Made by a program: the position numbers and the translations under genes. From Rotaria socialis (Eukaryota): a stretch of DNA of 64,000 bases. The stretch spans positions 186,001 to 250,000 of the forward strand of contig CAJNYD010000034.1 in assembly GCA_905331295.1 (NCBI GenBank), given 5' to 3'. Shown piece by piece: positions 40,301 to 53,623 of this stretch (the stretch's first letter is position 1; the number at the start of each line of letters is the position of its first letter). The notes under the pieces were generated by a model. The model saw only the letters and a list, made by a program, of their open reading frames with translations. It had not been told where the DNA came from and ran no database searches.

Positions 40301-40845
40301 CAATTCAGCATCACCGCCACCTTGCAAAATGCAAAAAATTGAAGTAACCACGGCAACAAACCAAAATATGTAGACATTTTTTTGCATGCCAATGTAATAC
40401 TATAACATCAATCTAATCGCTGTTTTTGTTATCGTGAATAGAGTATATAGAAATTTCTTGGTTCTATTTTTTTGTTAATATTATTGAAAGAATTGCGATT
40501 TTTTTCGTTTAACTTTGTTGTACATTTTCTGAGAAAATAAAAATGTAACAAGAAAAGGAAGAAACTAATAAATATAAAAGAAATGAAGTGAACTTTCGAT
40601 CTTGTGTTAAGGATCACCATCAGACTTGATATAACTTCATGAACATAAAAAAATGGAATAAACCTTAGGCAGCATCTATCACCTAGAATGTTATCTCATA
40701 ATTTAAGCTCACGTTGTCTACTGGCATAATAATGTAGTATGTATGATTAATTTAATCTCTTTTATATTTATTCATTTTGAACAAACAACAAATAAATGAT
40801 AAAATTTATCTTTAGCAGCATTTGAACATTTTGTTTGTATAGATA

Positions 40846-40988
40846 CTGTGCCGATATTGGTGGCACGCGTCGACGATTCTCCTTCCTAATGTTATAGTTG
40901 TTGATGAAGACTACCTTCGAGAAGATTCTGCAGGATTTGACGGAGGAGAAAGGAGAATCATCGAAGCGTGCCATCAATATCGGCACAG
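40846..40988. repeat. Short foldback/MITE with ~42-bp inverted arms
   Basis: ctgtgccgatattggtggcacgcgtcgacgattctcctt pairs with aaggagaatcatcgaagcgtgccatcaatatcggcacag. Confidence 0.8.
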
Positions 40989-42075
40989 ATATCAATGCTA
41001 ATTTTTTGTGGGTGAATTCACACTATGCATAAGATTTAAAAGAATTCGATGTCAAACTAAAAAATGTTTTCAACCCATACATTTTTCTCTTTTAGATGCG
41101 GATAAACCAATGATTAAATGAATTGAAGAATTATCTGATGTATATTCTTTCGTTTCCTATACGTTGGGTACATCGGCGGGCCACCACGAGGCAATTGGTG
41201 GCAATTGCCACACCTGAGAAAAATATTGCCATACGTGAAAACAATATTAATAGTGTATATAAGCATCGGTGAACCACCACACAGCAATTGCTACACCTGA
41301 AAATATTATTAATCGCATATGCGTATCTATCTGTATAGATACATACGTCACTTTTAAAATATATCTTTGTTGAAAAAAAGCTAGGCATTACTATATATTG
41401 CCACACCTCCATACCAGACGCTGGCTCGCCAATGGTTGGGTACTCAATGGCATGATTAAAATAAACTAAATTCTTTTTTTTCTTATCTTTTTACTAATAT
41501 TATGATTAGCATGAAGCACATTTCACGTTAACAATAAAAGGAAGCCATCTTTTTTTCGAATAAAAGTGATAAAGGGTGTGGGTGGTATTATTACTTTGTT
41601 GAACATCCAAAACCATACTCCACATCCACCTCCACATCCAAAACGAGCTGCATCCTAAGATAAGCAAGATTTTTCAATCATAAAAAAGCCCCCTTTTTGT
41701 CTTACTCCTTCGTGGACAGTTAAATTTTATTTGTTAAATGATCAAAAACATGTTGTTTCTAATTTTTTAACTATTAAATGGCATGATGTTTTGCTATTTT
41801 CACAACGCATTTCATATTAACCTTGATCACCCTATTCAATATCATCTAATAATAATTTATAATAACACAACCAATTTATTTTGCATGTATACGTGATTGT
41901 GGAGTAAAAAATATTTGTCAATCAATATGATAGCATACAACATCTATATCAGCTTTGGATAAATGGTTCAACTAATTCAACTAGTTTATCTAAAAGAAAA
42001 ATTATCTTTTGTTTTATTTCTCTTTTAATTAAAATCATAGATGTCATAATACCTTCCCANTTATATATATATAAA

Positions 42076-42247
42076 TGTGGACACCCAAAAGTGGATACAC
42101 CAAAACAACTCAAATTGCTCAGCTTTTCAAAACATATATATATATACATAAATGTCGATACCAAAATGTGGATACCCAAAAGTGGATACACCAAATGTGA
42201 ATACCCAAATTCGGATACCCAAAAGTGGATGCACCTAATGTGGATAG
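42076..42247. repeat. Minisatellite of ~14-15-bp units (gtggatacccaaa-like)
   Basis: About nine degenerate copies in two blocks, each preceded by a (TA)n run. Confidence 0.8.
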
Positions 42248-43452
42248 TGTAGCGTGTTTGTGCTAATAATTCGTTACCGGGTGTAAGGATATTATGACAT
42301 CACTCATTAAAATAAAATAACTTTATCAATAATAGCTAATTTTGCTTCTGTAAATGCATCGTGTACAGCACATTTACACCATCCATTATCTCGTAATTTA
42401 ACTTTTAATATATGAAATACAAGTAACGCGACGTAAGCGTCGCTAATCCTCTACTGAAATTGGTGACCATGTTTGATAAATAATAAACAATCATACAAGT
42501 TTTGGCGCAAGAATTCAACAATGCTATTTTCCATGTCTCCATGTATTGATAAGTGTATCCAACGTATTAGCTATTGTGTATAGCTGGATGTGGATTGTTG
42601 GATGACCTTTTATTTAGATTCAATTACTAAAAATCTCATTGACAGTTTCATAGGTAATATATTGCTTAGTTCGAGAGCATTTTAAATATTTAGTTCGACT
42701 CTTTTAATAGTCCAAAGGTTCATGAGTAGTGAACTCTGTCGTTTTGAAACCTATAAATAAGAATACCGTTTGAATTAGATTTTATCCTTACAAGCGATCC
42801 AAATATGAAATTATTGCTAAACGACAACATCTCAGGTACCTCTTTGTAGGGGAACACTGTAATGTGGCATCTCATAAGAGAAACTGAACGAGAAAACCGA
42901 TTTGAAAAATTACATGAGAGTTACTTAAAGATATGATGTCTTCAACCTCTGAATATAAGCTTGAAAGTTAAAGTCCGATGACTCATAGTTTGTCCACCAT
43001 GAAATTGTTATAAAATCAATAATAAAAGTTTGATAAAGATCAAATGTATTCCTAGCTTACCATGCAAGATGATAAACGAAATCAAGGTGTTGTATCAAGA
43101 TGAGAAAACTTTCTAGTTTAAATTCAAGTAGATGAGTCAGAGAGCGACTCTTTACAACACAGATTTTCATGAAAACAGTGTTTTTTGACTTCGTTGAAAA
43201 TTATGTGTTAATCTCGCTCATAATACCGTTTCACTTTTCTTTTCATGAGTTTCCTTTGAGCGAAAATGAGCGAGAAAGTAAGACAAGACTTTCAACGCAT
43301 AGATATACTCCACTCACGATTTATTACACTAAAAAAGCTAACGCTAAAAAATCAAGTTGATGGATGTCAAAGATTTCAGAAAATACTTGAGATTATTGAT
43401 GCAACAAAATTCTGCAAAATCTAAGATTAAGAATGCACTATCTCTACGAGAA

Positions 43453-43552
43453 NNNNNNNNNNNNNNNNNNNNNNNNNNNNNNNNNNNNNNNNNNNNNNNN
43501 NNNNNNNNNNNNNNNNNNNNNNNNNNNNNNNNNNNNNNNNNNNNNNNNNNNN
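43453..43552. other. Scaffold gap (100 N)
   Basis: Run of N. Confidence 0.99.
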
Positions 43553-43930
43553 TTTATTGCCCGCATATGTTGGTTTAATATCTTTACCCATTTCTTCAAT
43601 AACATTAAGTAATTGAACATACTTCGTTTGTTGCATAACACGTTGTTGAACTTGATTTAATTGTTGTTGAACAGCTGGTGGAATTGGAACATATGATTGA
43701 GATTGTTGTTTTATCTGCTGTTGATGCACAGGCGTATGGGAAAGCGAAGGAGAAGCTGTTGTTGGTGCTGGTGCTGGTGCTGGTGGAGGTAGTAGTAGTG
43801 GTGAATTTCGACCAGCTGAACCTTGTAACATACTAGACGGTGCTGCTGGGTTAAGAATTGGCCGTGATGGTGCAATAGGCGATTGTTGTTGTTGCGGTTT
43901 ACGAATTGATAAATCCATGGTCAAGTCCAT
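43553..43930 (-). CDS. CDK2AP1: CDK2AP1/2-like, long copy with Pro/Gln-rich N-terminus; 3' end lost in the gap
   Basis: [18 protein letters not shown]...[24 protein letters not shown] runs into the N gap. Confidence 0.88.
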
Positions 43931-44656
43931 TTTTGTGTTAGAATTAAATAAAAATCAAACGATAAATAGCTTACAATCTAGAGAGAGCGAAAAAAAAATA
44001 CTGATAAAACAAATACTTAAGTATCTCATTTATATATAAGTACGGAAATCTATTGTAAATGTATTAATCAAACGATTCATGGCATATGTAATTGTATTGA
44101 GGGACTGTTTCTTTTTTTCTCTCTACTGTTTTATTTATTTTTACTAAGGAAAAGTATTGGTCAAACCAAACAACAATAGGTCTAGAAATAAATAAATTAA
44201 AATTAAACAAGAGCATAATGAACGATAATTCTGAACTTAAAAAAAATATCATTGGTTAACATTTTCAGTTATTAATCCAGTAAGTTGAAGTGACCTGTAG
44301 TTGTCGCTAACAATCTATCCTATGCAATGTTTGGAGACTATAAGAATTGAAGACTAAATATATATATATATATATATATAAGTTTAAAAATGATCATTAC
44401 AGGTTTAAGCAACAAAAAACAACAGAATTTTTAGTTTTTATTATAGGACAGTTGCTTTCGTCGTGTGTGTGATAGAGAGAGAGAGAGATGTAAGGAAATA
44501 ATATATTTTAAACTTAATATATATTAAAAGGTATTATTTTATTAAAATTTTCTTTATTATTACCATAAAAATTAATTCAAAGAAGATTTTCTAAGTAAAA
44601 AGAAAGAATCAAAGAAGGAATGAAAACTATGATATACAATAAATAATGTGATCAAA

Positions 44657-46376
44657 TCACGTTCCTGATGTTATTTCTTCAGCAACGGTTGGTATTCGAT
44701 TCATGATTACATCTTTTCCTTCATTATGTGAACGTTGAGTCAATTCTTCAAGTAATGAAATAACTCGATTTGTTTGTCTTTCAAGTCCACTTAATTTCGT
44801 TTCTAATCTTTGAACTTTAGCATTTAGTGTCAATTGTTCACGTTCTTTATCCGATAGAACAATTGGATATGATTTTGGTAGACCTAATGTTTGATCTAGT
44901 CGTCGTTGTATATCAGCAAGTGTATACATGACTTTTAAATTTCCTTGAGCATTTTCATCCATAATATCTTTAAAATTATATGGTTTATGTGCTTGGCGAA
45001 ATTTTCTTTTTGATACATGATATTTAATAATGCGTATCATTCGTATAGCAATTCGTTGATTTACACTAAGATCGTCAGCTTTTTCAACTTTACGCCAACA
45101 AGTTTTTTCTAATGACGTTGTATTCGACGATGCATGGTATGGAGATGAACCGTTTCGTAAACGTAATGTATCAGAAGTACTATCAAGTGCATTTACAGCA
45201 AATGAAGAACCTGCATGACGATGATATTTATTAGATCGTTTTACTTCAATTCGATAAATACGCCATGTAGCTACTAGACGTGGATGACGAGCAGCTGTCA
45301 TACGCCACCAACTTTGTATGAGACTAGCAGCAGCAGGAACCAAACGATTGAATTGTTTTTCACGTTTTTTTTGTTCAACTTTTAAAGCAAAACCTGAACC
45401 AATAATACCAGATGGTAATGTCCAAAATGCAACACCACAAATACATAAACATGATGTAATCATTTTACCAATATATGTACTGGGACATTTATCACCATAT
45501 CCAATTGTTGCCTAGAAAAATAGATAATAAAAATAAATGAATAAAACAAAGCGATATTTTTCGCTATTTTTGTTTTGTTCAACTTACCATTGTTACAATG
45601 GCCCACCAAAGTGTATCAGCAAAACTGTGAAACATATCTTCACCAGGTGGTTTACTTTCATCTTTTTCTACTAGCCAGATTAAATAAGCAACAACAATTA
45701 AGAAAATAAAACAAAAATAAAGCGTAGCTATTAATTCATATCGATGATCATAAACAACAGAACCAAGTAGACGCCATGATGTTAGACGTCGATCAACATG
45801 AAGAAATCGGAGTATTTGAAGAATTCTTACATATCTTACAAGTTGAATATTAAATTGTGTATGAGTTAGTCCCATACATAATAATATAGTATAACCAATA
45901 ATAACACACAAATCAACAATACACATTACTTTACGCATAAATAATAAACGACCCTGACGACCACGATATTTACTTCGACAACCGGATGACCATACACGAA
46001 CAATGTATTCAATAGAAAATAAAATAAATAATACAAATTCTATCCAAAATAAGATTGAATAGGATTGCTCAACATAAACAGTTAATATTGAACTGTAAAC
46101 TAGACAACCGATAACAGCTACGAAGACAGAAAAATGATATAAAAAACAGGATACACCACATGGTCGTTCAAGAAAATTATAAATACGAGCTTGCAATGGA
46201 TTATGTAAACGTTTAAGTGACATATGATGACTTAATGGCGAACCAATTTCAGTTTCTTCATCAAAACCGTTTGTTTGTAATGAAATTTTACTTGATCCTC
46301 GACGAAGTATTGTCGGTGGTGAGAATAAATTCTCATCGGTTGGTATAGGTAGAAACTGATGTGATGAACTATTCAT
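44657..46376 (-). CDS. KCNQ: KCNQ (Kv7) voltage-gated potassium channel; 2 exons
   Basis: Intron 45512-45587 joins WWAIVTM|ATIGYGDK. Also IYNFLERP, VRVWSSGCRSKYRG, S4 VRILQILRFLHVDR, GSGFALKV, AAASLIQSWWR and RRLDQTLG. Confidence 0.95.
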
Positions 46377-48181
46377 GATTGTATTGCCGTCTCACATGGC
46401 TATCGATAATAAAATATCAAGATACGATTTGAACAGTGGGAATGAATATCAGATGTCGTCTAATCAGACGAAGAAGAAAAAAAGAAATATTACATTTTGT
46501 TCTTAAATAAAATTTTCAACAAGAGGTTCGATGACATTCTCAAATTATATTGTATTACCTCATACAATAGTGGATGTTGCCGCTATTCTATTCTTTCTAT
46601 GTTGTATTGTGTTGAAAAACGATGATGCCGGATTCGTGAGTATGTGTTATATGTATGTGGCATAATGCTCGAAACCTCCATTATCGAATAAAGAATCTTT
46701 TTTTTTCGTTCGATTCTCTTCTCTTTTCCTTTTCTTTTCCTAGGACGCGATGTATGTCGACATTATCGAATGTTATAATATATACGTGTAGCTATACACC
46801 TGATCAACATTTTGTCTTCTTTCGTTTGCATTTCCAGCGGAAAAAAGAAAGAAAACGGCCTATTGCTTTTCTTTAGTATTGCTCGGTTTGTTGGACGTGC
46901 CGCCGAAGAGAAAAGACGGAAAAATAAGAGCAACGAAAAACACATTTACTTATATTCAGTTAAACTAAATCAGTAGAGTAGTCTTGACTGACAAGATTAT
47001 CAAATGAGGCATTTGCCTTTTACATTTAGTATATAGAACAGAGACTCGATGGAGATGAGAAAGAGAGAACGAAAAAATTATCACTTTTCTTTTTTTTTCG
47101 CGTAAATGAATTTTTTATAACATTTATTCGTTTCAACAATAAAAAGATAGCAAATAAATAAAATAGCAAACGTTTTTATTATTCATGTAATTATACACTT
47201 TACTGAACTTTGATATTTCTCGTAATTATAAACATTTTGTTACGAAGTCAATAAAACAAATATATCTATCGCAAATAAAGAATGCTCATTTATGATCTAT
47301 TTTTTTATTTTAAAAAGCACGAATAACTATATAGGTATCAAGAAAATATCAATAGATAGAAGTTTTGTAGGTACAGAATAAAAAGATAACGATCATTAAC
47401 AAGATTTATTCGATGTAATGAAAAGAAAAAGAAATTATTTGATCAGTGATAAGAGAAGTATTTTTTAAATTATCTGTAAGTATCTTTTCCAAGTATACTT
47501 ATTGTGTAGAGTAGTAGAAAGAATTAAAATAACACTAAACAATAATTTTTTATCATAACAGTTGCATTTTACTAATATTGATCATTTCTATCTATTAGAC
47601 TCATGAATGGATACAAATATATATGGAACATCTATTAACTTTTCAAAAAAGTTCAAAAATAAAGAATTTTTCAATGTGCTGCTCATCTTCCAATCAAAGT
47701 TTAGTTTTTGATATAAAATGATCTCAGATGTTTTTATAAACTTTTCCTAAATACAAAACAAAAGAACAGCATTAATTCATTTACTACATCTGTTCGATTC
47801 ACATCCTTGAATGCAAAAGATAACTTGAAATGATTCTCTATTTTTACTTCATTCCCATTCGTCGATCATGAAAATACTCGATTGATAACAATTTAAAAAG
47901 AGTTAAATCTTGAAAAATCATTTTTTTCATCTTATCTCATATTAAAAAGTTCATTTAGTTTACTTTCATATCTCGTATTGTCTCTACGATTTAGATAGAA
48001 TGAAAAAAGTAGTAAAACTGGTCTAGAAACAGTTTATTAGTATAGAAGGATTCATTTTTATCGTTGTGTCATATATTGTTATAGAGAGAAAAAAAACATT
48101 TTATTGATATGTTTAGAGACCTGGCACATTTACTATTATTTCTTTATGATTTTTCATATTTGTTAGATGAAACTATATTAC

Positions 48182-48516
48182 TTAGAAATAAATGAGGAAA
48201 CATCGGATTTGCATCCGATTGTTGTGTGTATTGCAAAAACTGAGTCGATTTATGTATGTTTTGAATAGTTCTGAGAAAAAATCCCTGTACTCCACTCCCC
48301 TCAAGGATGGCCTGGTCAATAATGACAATTTTTTCGATAACTCAGCCATTTCTTGACGGATCCCTCTCATTTTCGAACTCGACTGAGATATTGATGAGAT
48401 CATTCTGTGTACAAAATTTCAAGACAATTGGATGAGGCTTTCAAGAGTTATCGTGTTAACGGCCGGACACACTGACCGAATCTAGAGTGTACTCACTTTT
48501 TGAGTAAACAAAAAAA
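48182..48516 (+). mobile_element. Probable non-autonomous rolling-circle (Helentron/HINE-like) element
   Basis: GC-richer island with a 5' hairpin (aacatcggat-ttgc-atccgattgtt) and a 3' hairpin (tactca-ctttt-tgagta) followed by an A-run; boundaries approximate. Confidence 0.45.
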
Positions 48517-49383
48517 ACAGTAAATAAAACATTAGATTTTAGAACAATTTAATTGGGATAATAAAATGATATCGATAACAATTGATCTATCAATTCATTA
48601 TCTAGTTAATTAAATACTGTAGAAATACTACAATAATCAGAATTGACGTTTACAAGTCTTCTTTCACTGACAACGCACCGAACGTAAATCGAGTTTGAAC
48701 CGGCACTTACAAGTTTGTGATCGTTACATTTTCGACATGAAACAATATTTATGACATCTATTTTTACAACCATGGTATTCGATTCTCTGTTTTATTTGCA
48801 CGTGTTTTTAATATTGAATGTCAACACAATCCGTATCATGATCAGTCAACATTTAGGTTTGGATAAATTTTAAAAAACGAAAATAAATACTTCGAAAATT
48901 TCATAGTATCATCAAATCATTTTATGAAATTTTAAATAGAGAAATAAAAGCAAGACTTCATCGCCATGAGAAGTAATAAAACTGTTTTCTGATATGATTA
49001 TTTAATCTAATAATAGACAGTGCACTTGACACGAAACATATCATATTTTATGATATGATGAAAGTTTCTTTTCTATTTACTAAACAATATTTCATTGCTG
49101 CGTGTAAAGCTATAGATGGTAAATTAGTTATCTATCTATTATTGAAAGAGACATGATTGAAATTCGGCATTTTTGTTCTTCATAGTGTAACAAAAGATTA
49201 TTTATTTTTGTCTTCATTTGATGTAATTGAGATGAAATAACAAGATTGTAAACATCATAGCAAAAACATGATGTTCAATAACAAAGAAAACAAAAAAAAA
49301 CAAAATTTAACAACCTTAATACGGCAATGAAAAAACAAGAAAAGTGAAAACAATAACAAATTGAATACAAATCTGTTGAATCA

Positions 49384-52300
49384 CTAATCATCGTCGTCGT
49401 TAAATTTAATTTTCTTACTTGTCATTCCACCATTACTATGACCGTTTTCTTGATTACTAGTGAAGCTACGTTTCATACCGCCACCACGAGCACCGGAAAA
49501 TGTTGACGATCGTCCTTTTTTAGGTTCAGGACAGTCGAATGATTTATGGCCATCTTTTCCACAGTTGAAGCAACCGCCATCTGAATATAGATATGTTTTA
49601 TTTTCTAGATTTTTATCACTAGTTAGAAACTTACTTGATTGGTCACGACCACCAGTTTTTTTCGCTTCCGTACATTCGAATGACTTATGACCATCTTTAC
49701 CACAGTTAAAACAACCGCCATCTGAATATAGATATGTTTTATTTTCTAAATTTTTATCACTAGTTAGAAACTTACTTGATTGGTCACGACCACCAGATTT
49801 TTTTGCTTCCGTACATTCGAATGATTTATGACCATCTTTACCACATTTAAAACATCCATCTAAAATATAGAAAATAACATAGATGAAATCAGTTGTAGAA
49901 AGATTAATCATTATTCTTACTCGATCGATCGGAGTTTCTATTGCCACCATAGCTGCCACCACGTGATGATCCATATGAACCACGAGAAAAACTTCTACCA
50001 CCATTTCTTGATGTCTCATCAAGTTGTGGCAATTCTTGAATAGGTTTCATCTGAATTCTTGGACTATCTTTCCAATAACCTTGTAATTTTTCATCAAGTT
50101 CACTGGGTATATCAAATACTGCACTCTAATTAAAAAAATGATTATATAAAGTCGTTTTTTGTTTTCTATCTCAAAATTTTAATACATACTCTATAATCTT
50201 TCGTAAATGCGACTTGTGAGCAATTAGCTTTGGCATCAAAATCCTCTCCAAAACATTTGCGCAACATTGTAAATACTAATCCGGGACCTTTTAATTCATC
50301 TGTAACTGTTAACATATATGTTGTATAATTCTAATAAATAAAAAAAACGAATATTTCGCATAGATAAAATTCTTTATCATACTTCTTTTTTTGAAAATAA
50401 AGATCGAGGAACAATATTTGTTGTGCCAGATATGCAAGCCAATGCAGCTGATAGAGCATCAACTGCATCAAATGTTTTGAGAATTTTTTCGGCTGCTTCA
50501 CGAAAGTGAGCTTTGGCTGCATCAGTTACACTGTCAAGCGCTCTATAAAACAGAGAGGGAAATCAGAAAATAAAAATTGCTATTGAAATACATTACTTAG
50601 CTGCGTCCGCTGATGATGCACTCAGTACATCTTCTGTTCGTGGTTGTTCGATGCGAGTAAATGTAATACCCTAAATCATACAAATAATGTAATGTTTATC
50701 AATATATTTTCAAGGTTGTTTTCTACAATATCCATAATTGAAGCTCAAGTCTAAACAAACAGTGGTTTAAATAATAGTATCAAGTACATGGCATAGAGTA
50801 GTTTCATTCATGGTTTATCATAGGAACATTTTTGAATAAGCGGAAATTAGCCATTTTTAAGTGTTCAAAGTCAAAGCCAATATAAATATTATTTTTAAAT
50901 AGTATCCTTTTTCAAGTTCTGAGTTACGGTATCTATTACGCATTTTCTGTATAATTTACAATGATTTCATCAAAACGAACATTATTATAAGGTTATTTAA
51001 AAAATATTTTTTCAATATTTGATTATATTTATAGTTGTGTAAATACGAAGGTCTAGTAGTGGCCACAAATCTTTGTTTTCTGGGATTTAAGGCGGTCGTT
51101 TTTAAAACTATTCTCTCCGAACATATCTACAAACTACATTAGTTTTACGAGATATCACTACTAAAATCATTGTTTAGATGCGATTTGAAAGTTAAAGATT
51201 GAAGAAAAGTATATATCAGTTATTTGTTTTTAATCAAGACTGCCGCTAAAATATATGTACTAAGAAATTTATACTTACTGCTTCTATTTCGACTCGTCTG
51301 AGATCACGTATTTGAGTTGATTTATATAAACAAATACATTTACCTTGAGCACCAGCTCGACCTGTACGACCCGATCGATGAATATAGGATTCAACATCCT
51401 AAATAATTGATCAAATGTTTTTAGTAACATAAGAAAAAGAAAAAACTATATTCGTATATTCTTACTTTTGGTGGAGCTGTTACGATAACAAGATCGACTT
51501 CTGGAATATCAAGACCACGAGCAGCAACATCGGTTGTAATTAATAAACGATATTTTCCTTCACGAAATTTCTAATTAAATAAAGACATATTTTATTTTTC
51601 AATAGACAAACTTTTGTGAGTCTACTCTTAGAACAAGTTCACGTTTATCTTGTGGGATATCACCATGAAGTACGTGTGCTTCAGCTTTAATATCGTGACT
51701 AACTGAAAGTTCATCAGCTTCTTTTTTCGTTTCACAAAAAACAATTGCACGACCATCTAGAGTACTACTAGAATAGATTTGAACAACAGAATTGATGACA
51801 CCAGCTCGATCTTGATAAGCACATGGTACAGCTAAATGCTAAATCAAAAAAGCGATAAAGATATTTAAGAAGAAAAAAAAACACTTACTTCAACATTAGC
51901 AGCAGTTTTCTGCATATTTCCTTTGACTAAATCAATGGTAACAAAGTCTTTAGACATGTATTTTTTCGTTGTTTTATAAACCCAATCTGGCATTGTTGCA
52001 GAAAAAACAACAAACTGCGGTTTTGTTTCTCGACCTATGCATATATTCAAACATAGATTAATATTTCAAATTTGCTTTTCTTTTAATAATAATAATAATA
52101 ACAACAATAATTACCTGCTGTAAACATATGACCAAGAATTTCTTCAACATCATCAATGAAACCCATATCGAGCATTCGATCAACTTCATCGAGAACCACA
52201 TATTTTATTTTAGTTAAATCAAGTCTGCCTTTATCAACAATATCTTTCAATCGACCAGGTGTTGCAACAAGAATATCACATCCATTACGGATCCCTTTTT

Positions 52301-53333
52301 CTTGATCGTCATATTTTTTCCCACCATAGATTGTTACAATAGATAGATCGCTAACAATCGATTGAAAATCTTCAGAAATTTGATTAGCTAGAAAATATAA
52401 AAAATAATTCAATTGTATCTGTTTTCTAGATTTTCTGGCGAGTAAAGCTCTAGACATAATATTCGCTCATTTTTTCACACATAGGTGCATTTATTGGCTC
52501 GTATATCATGATAACCATTATTCTCAAAAGAAAGTAATGGAAAGCGTAAGCAACTCTACAATACTGATCTCGTTCGGAAGTTTATTCACATTGCTGTCAG
52601 TGTCGTCTAAAAGGAACTTTTTGTATTTTATAGTGACAAGATGGTCGGTCATATTTTGGTTCACTAGAGGGTGAGGAAAAAATAATTTTCTGTGTAACCA
52701 CCATTTCGAATAATTTTTATAATAATTGGTCAGTCTTATTTCAGATGGAAATTTTACATTATCGACTTAGCAAGAGTGAAAAATTCTAATTCTTACAAAT
52801 TGCTTTCAAATATCCAAAAATACGAAGTAAATATTTTGCCCTAAGATTTTCGCATCATAGTTTACTATCAAGACTTACTTAATTCTCTTGTTGGTGCTAA
52901 AACAAGAGCGCGCGGTGCTCGTCCACGTATTAACTTCACTGATGTATCATTTTGAATGAGTTCAACAATAGGAATTGTAAAGGCTAATGTTTTTCCGGTG
53001 CCAGTATATGCTTGAACTAAGCAATCTTTTCCAGCAAAAATATGATTGTAACTGTCTGCTTGAACAGGAAAAAGAATTTCAACATTACGACCTGAAAAAT
53101 AAATAATAAATAGGTTTTTTATATTGAAAATTTTTCTATTAAAGTTTTACTTTACTTTGAAGTTTTTTAATTGTTCGCTTCGAAATACTGAAATTTTTAT
53201 AATTTCCTTTTTCTTTGTCAGCATCACTTATATGTAAATTCGATGAAATAATTTTATTACCATTTTTTATCTCATCAATTCCAATTTCGGGTTCAACATT
53301 AACGGTCATTGTATCTTGTGTTCTTAATTTCAT
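49384..53333 (-). CDS. DDX21: DDX21/DDX50-like DEAD-box RNA helicase with GUCT-type region and three CCHC zinc knuckles; multi-exon
   Basis: [95 protein letters not shown], and three CF(K/N)CGKDGHKSF(E/D)C repeats. Confidence 0.92.
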
Positions 53334-53623
53334 TTTTATTTTCTTCTTTTCGAAATAGATAACTAGTGGAAAACGATGAGATCTTAAAAAGGCAAAAGAA
53401 CATAAGAACAAACTATGTCTACAATTTACGACCATAGGGAAGAGGATTCACCGTGCTATTTTATTCAACTATACATAGAAGTATAATAATTATGAAAAAG
53501 AAAAAAAAACTGCTTTGTCCGAATTATTTCTTAAAAATTCATTCGCAATAATCTATATATATATATACAGAAAGACAATCGGGTTAAAATACAAAAAGAA
53601 AAAAAATAATAAAGCTAATCTAA

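Larger units (their letters stand above)
38045..40373 (+). pseudogene. Coiled-coil protein pseudogene disrupted by two nonsense codons and transposon insertions
   Basis: Removing the insertions with one TSD each, plus intron 39749-39788, gives MT*SVLSVITVEDIE|NKAEKDQQMHLNSLKEENEELKVRLKESNVQVEKLNALVSK*MKDMKKYVTKMNKEMEELNEQLKKARDNGIIQDGSSNSASPPPCKMQKIEVTTATNQNM*. Confidence 0.65.

Noticed and set aside
42076..42247. CRISPR-like array
   Set aside because: Units are ~14 bp, degenerate and lack unique spacers; eukaryotic context; a minisatellite.
42480..43450. Possible pseudogene remnants (TPR-like phrase on minus strand; coding-like text before the gap)
   Set aside because: Many stops and frameshifts; similarity too weak to support without a search.
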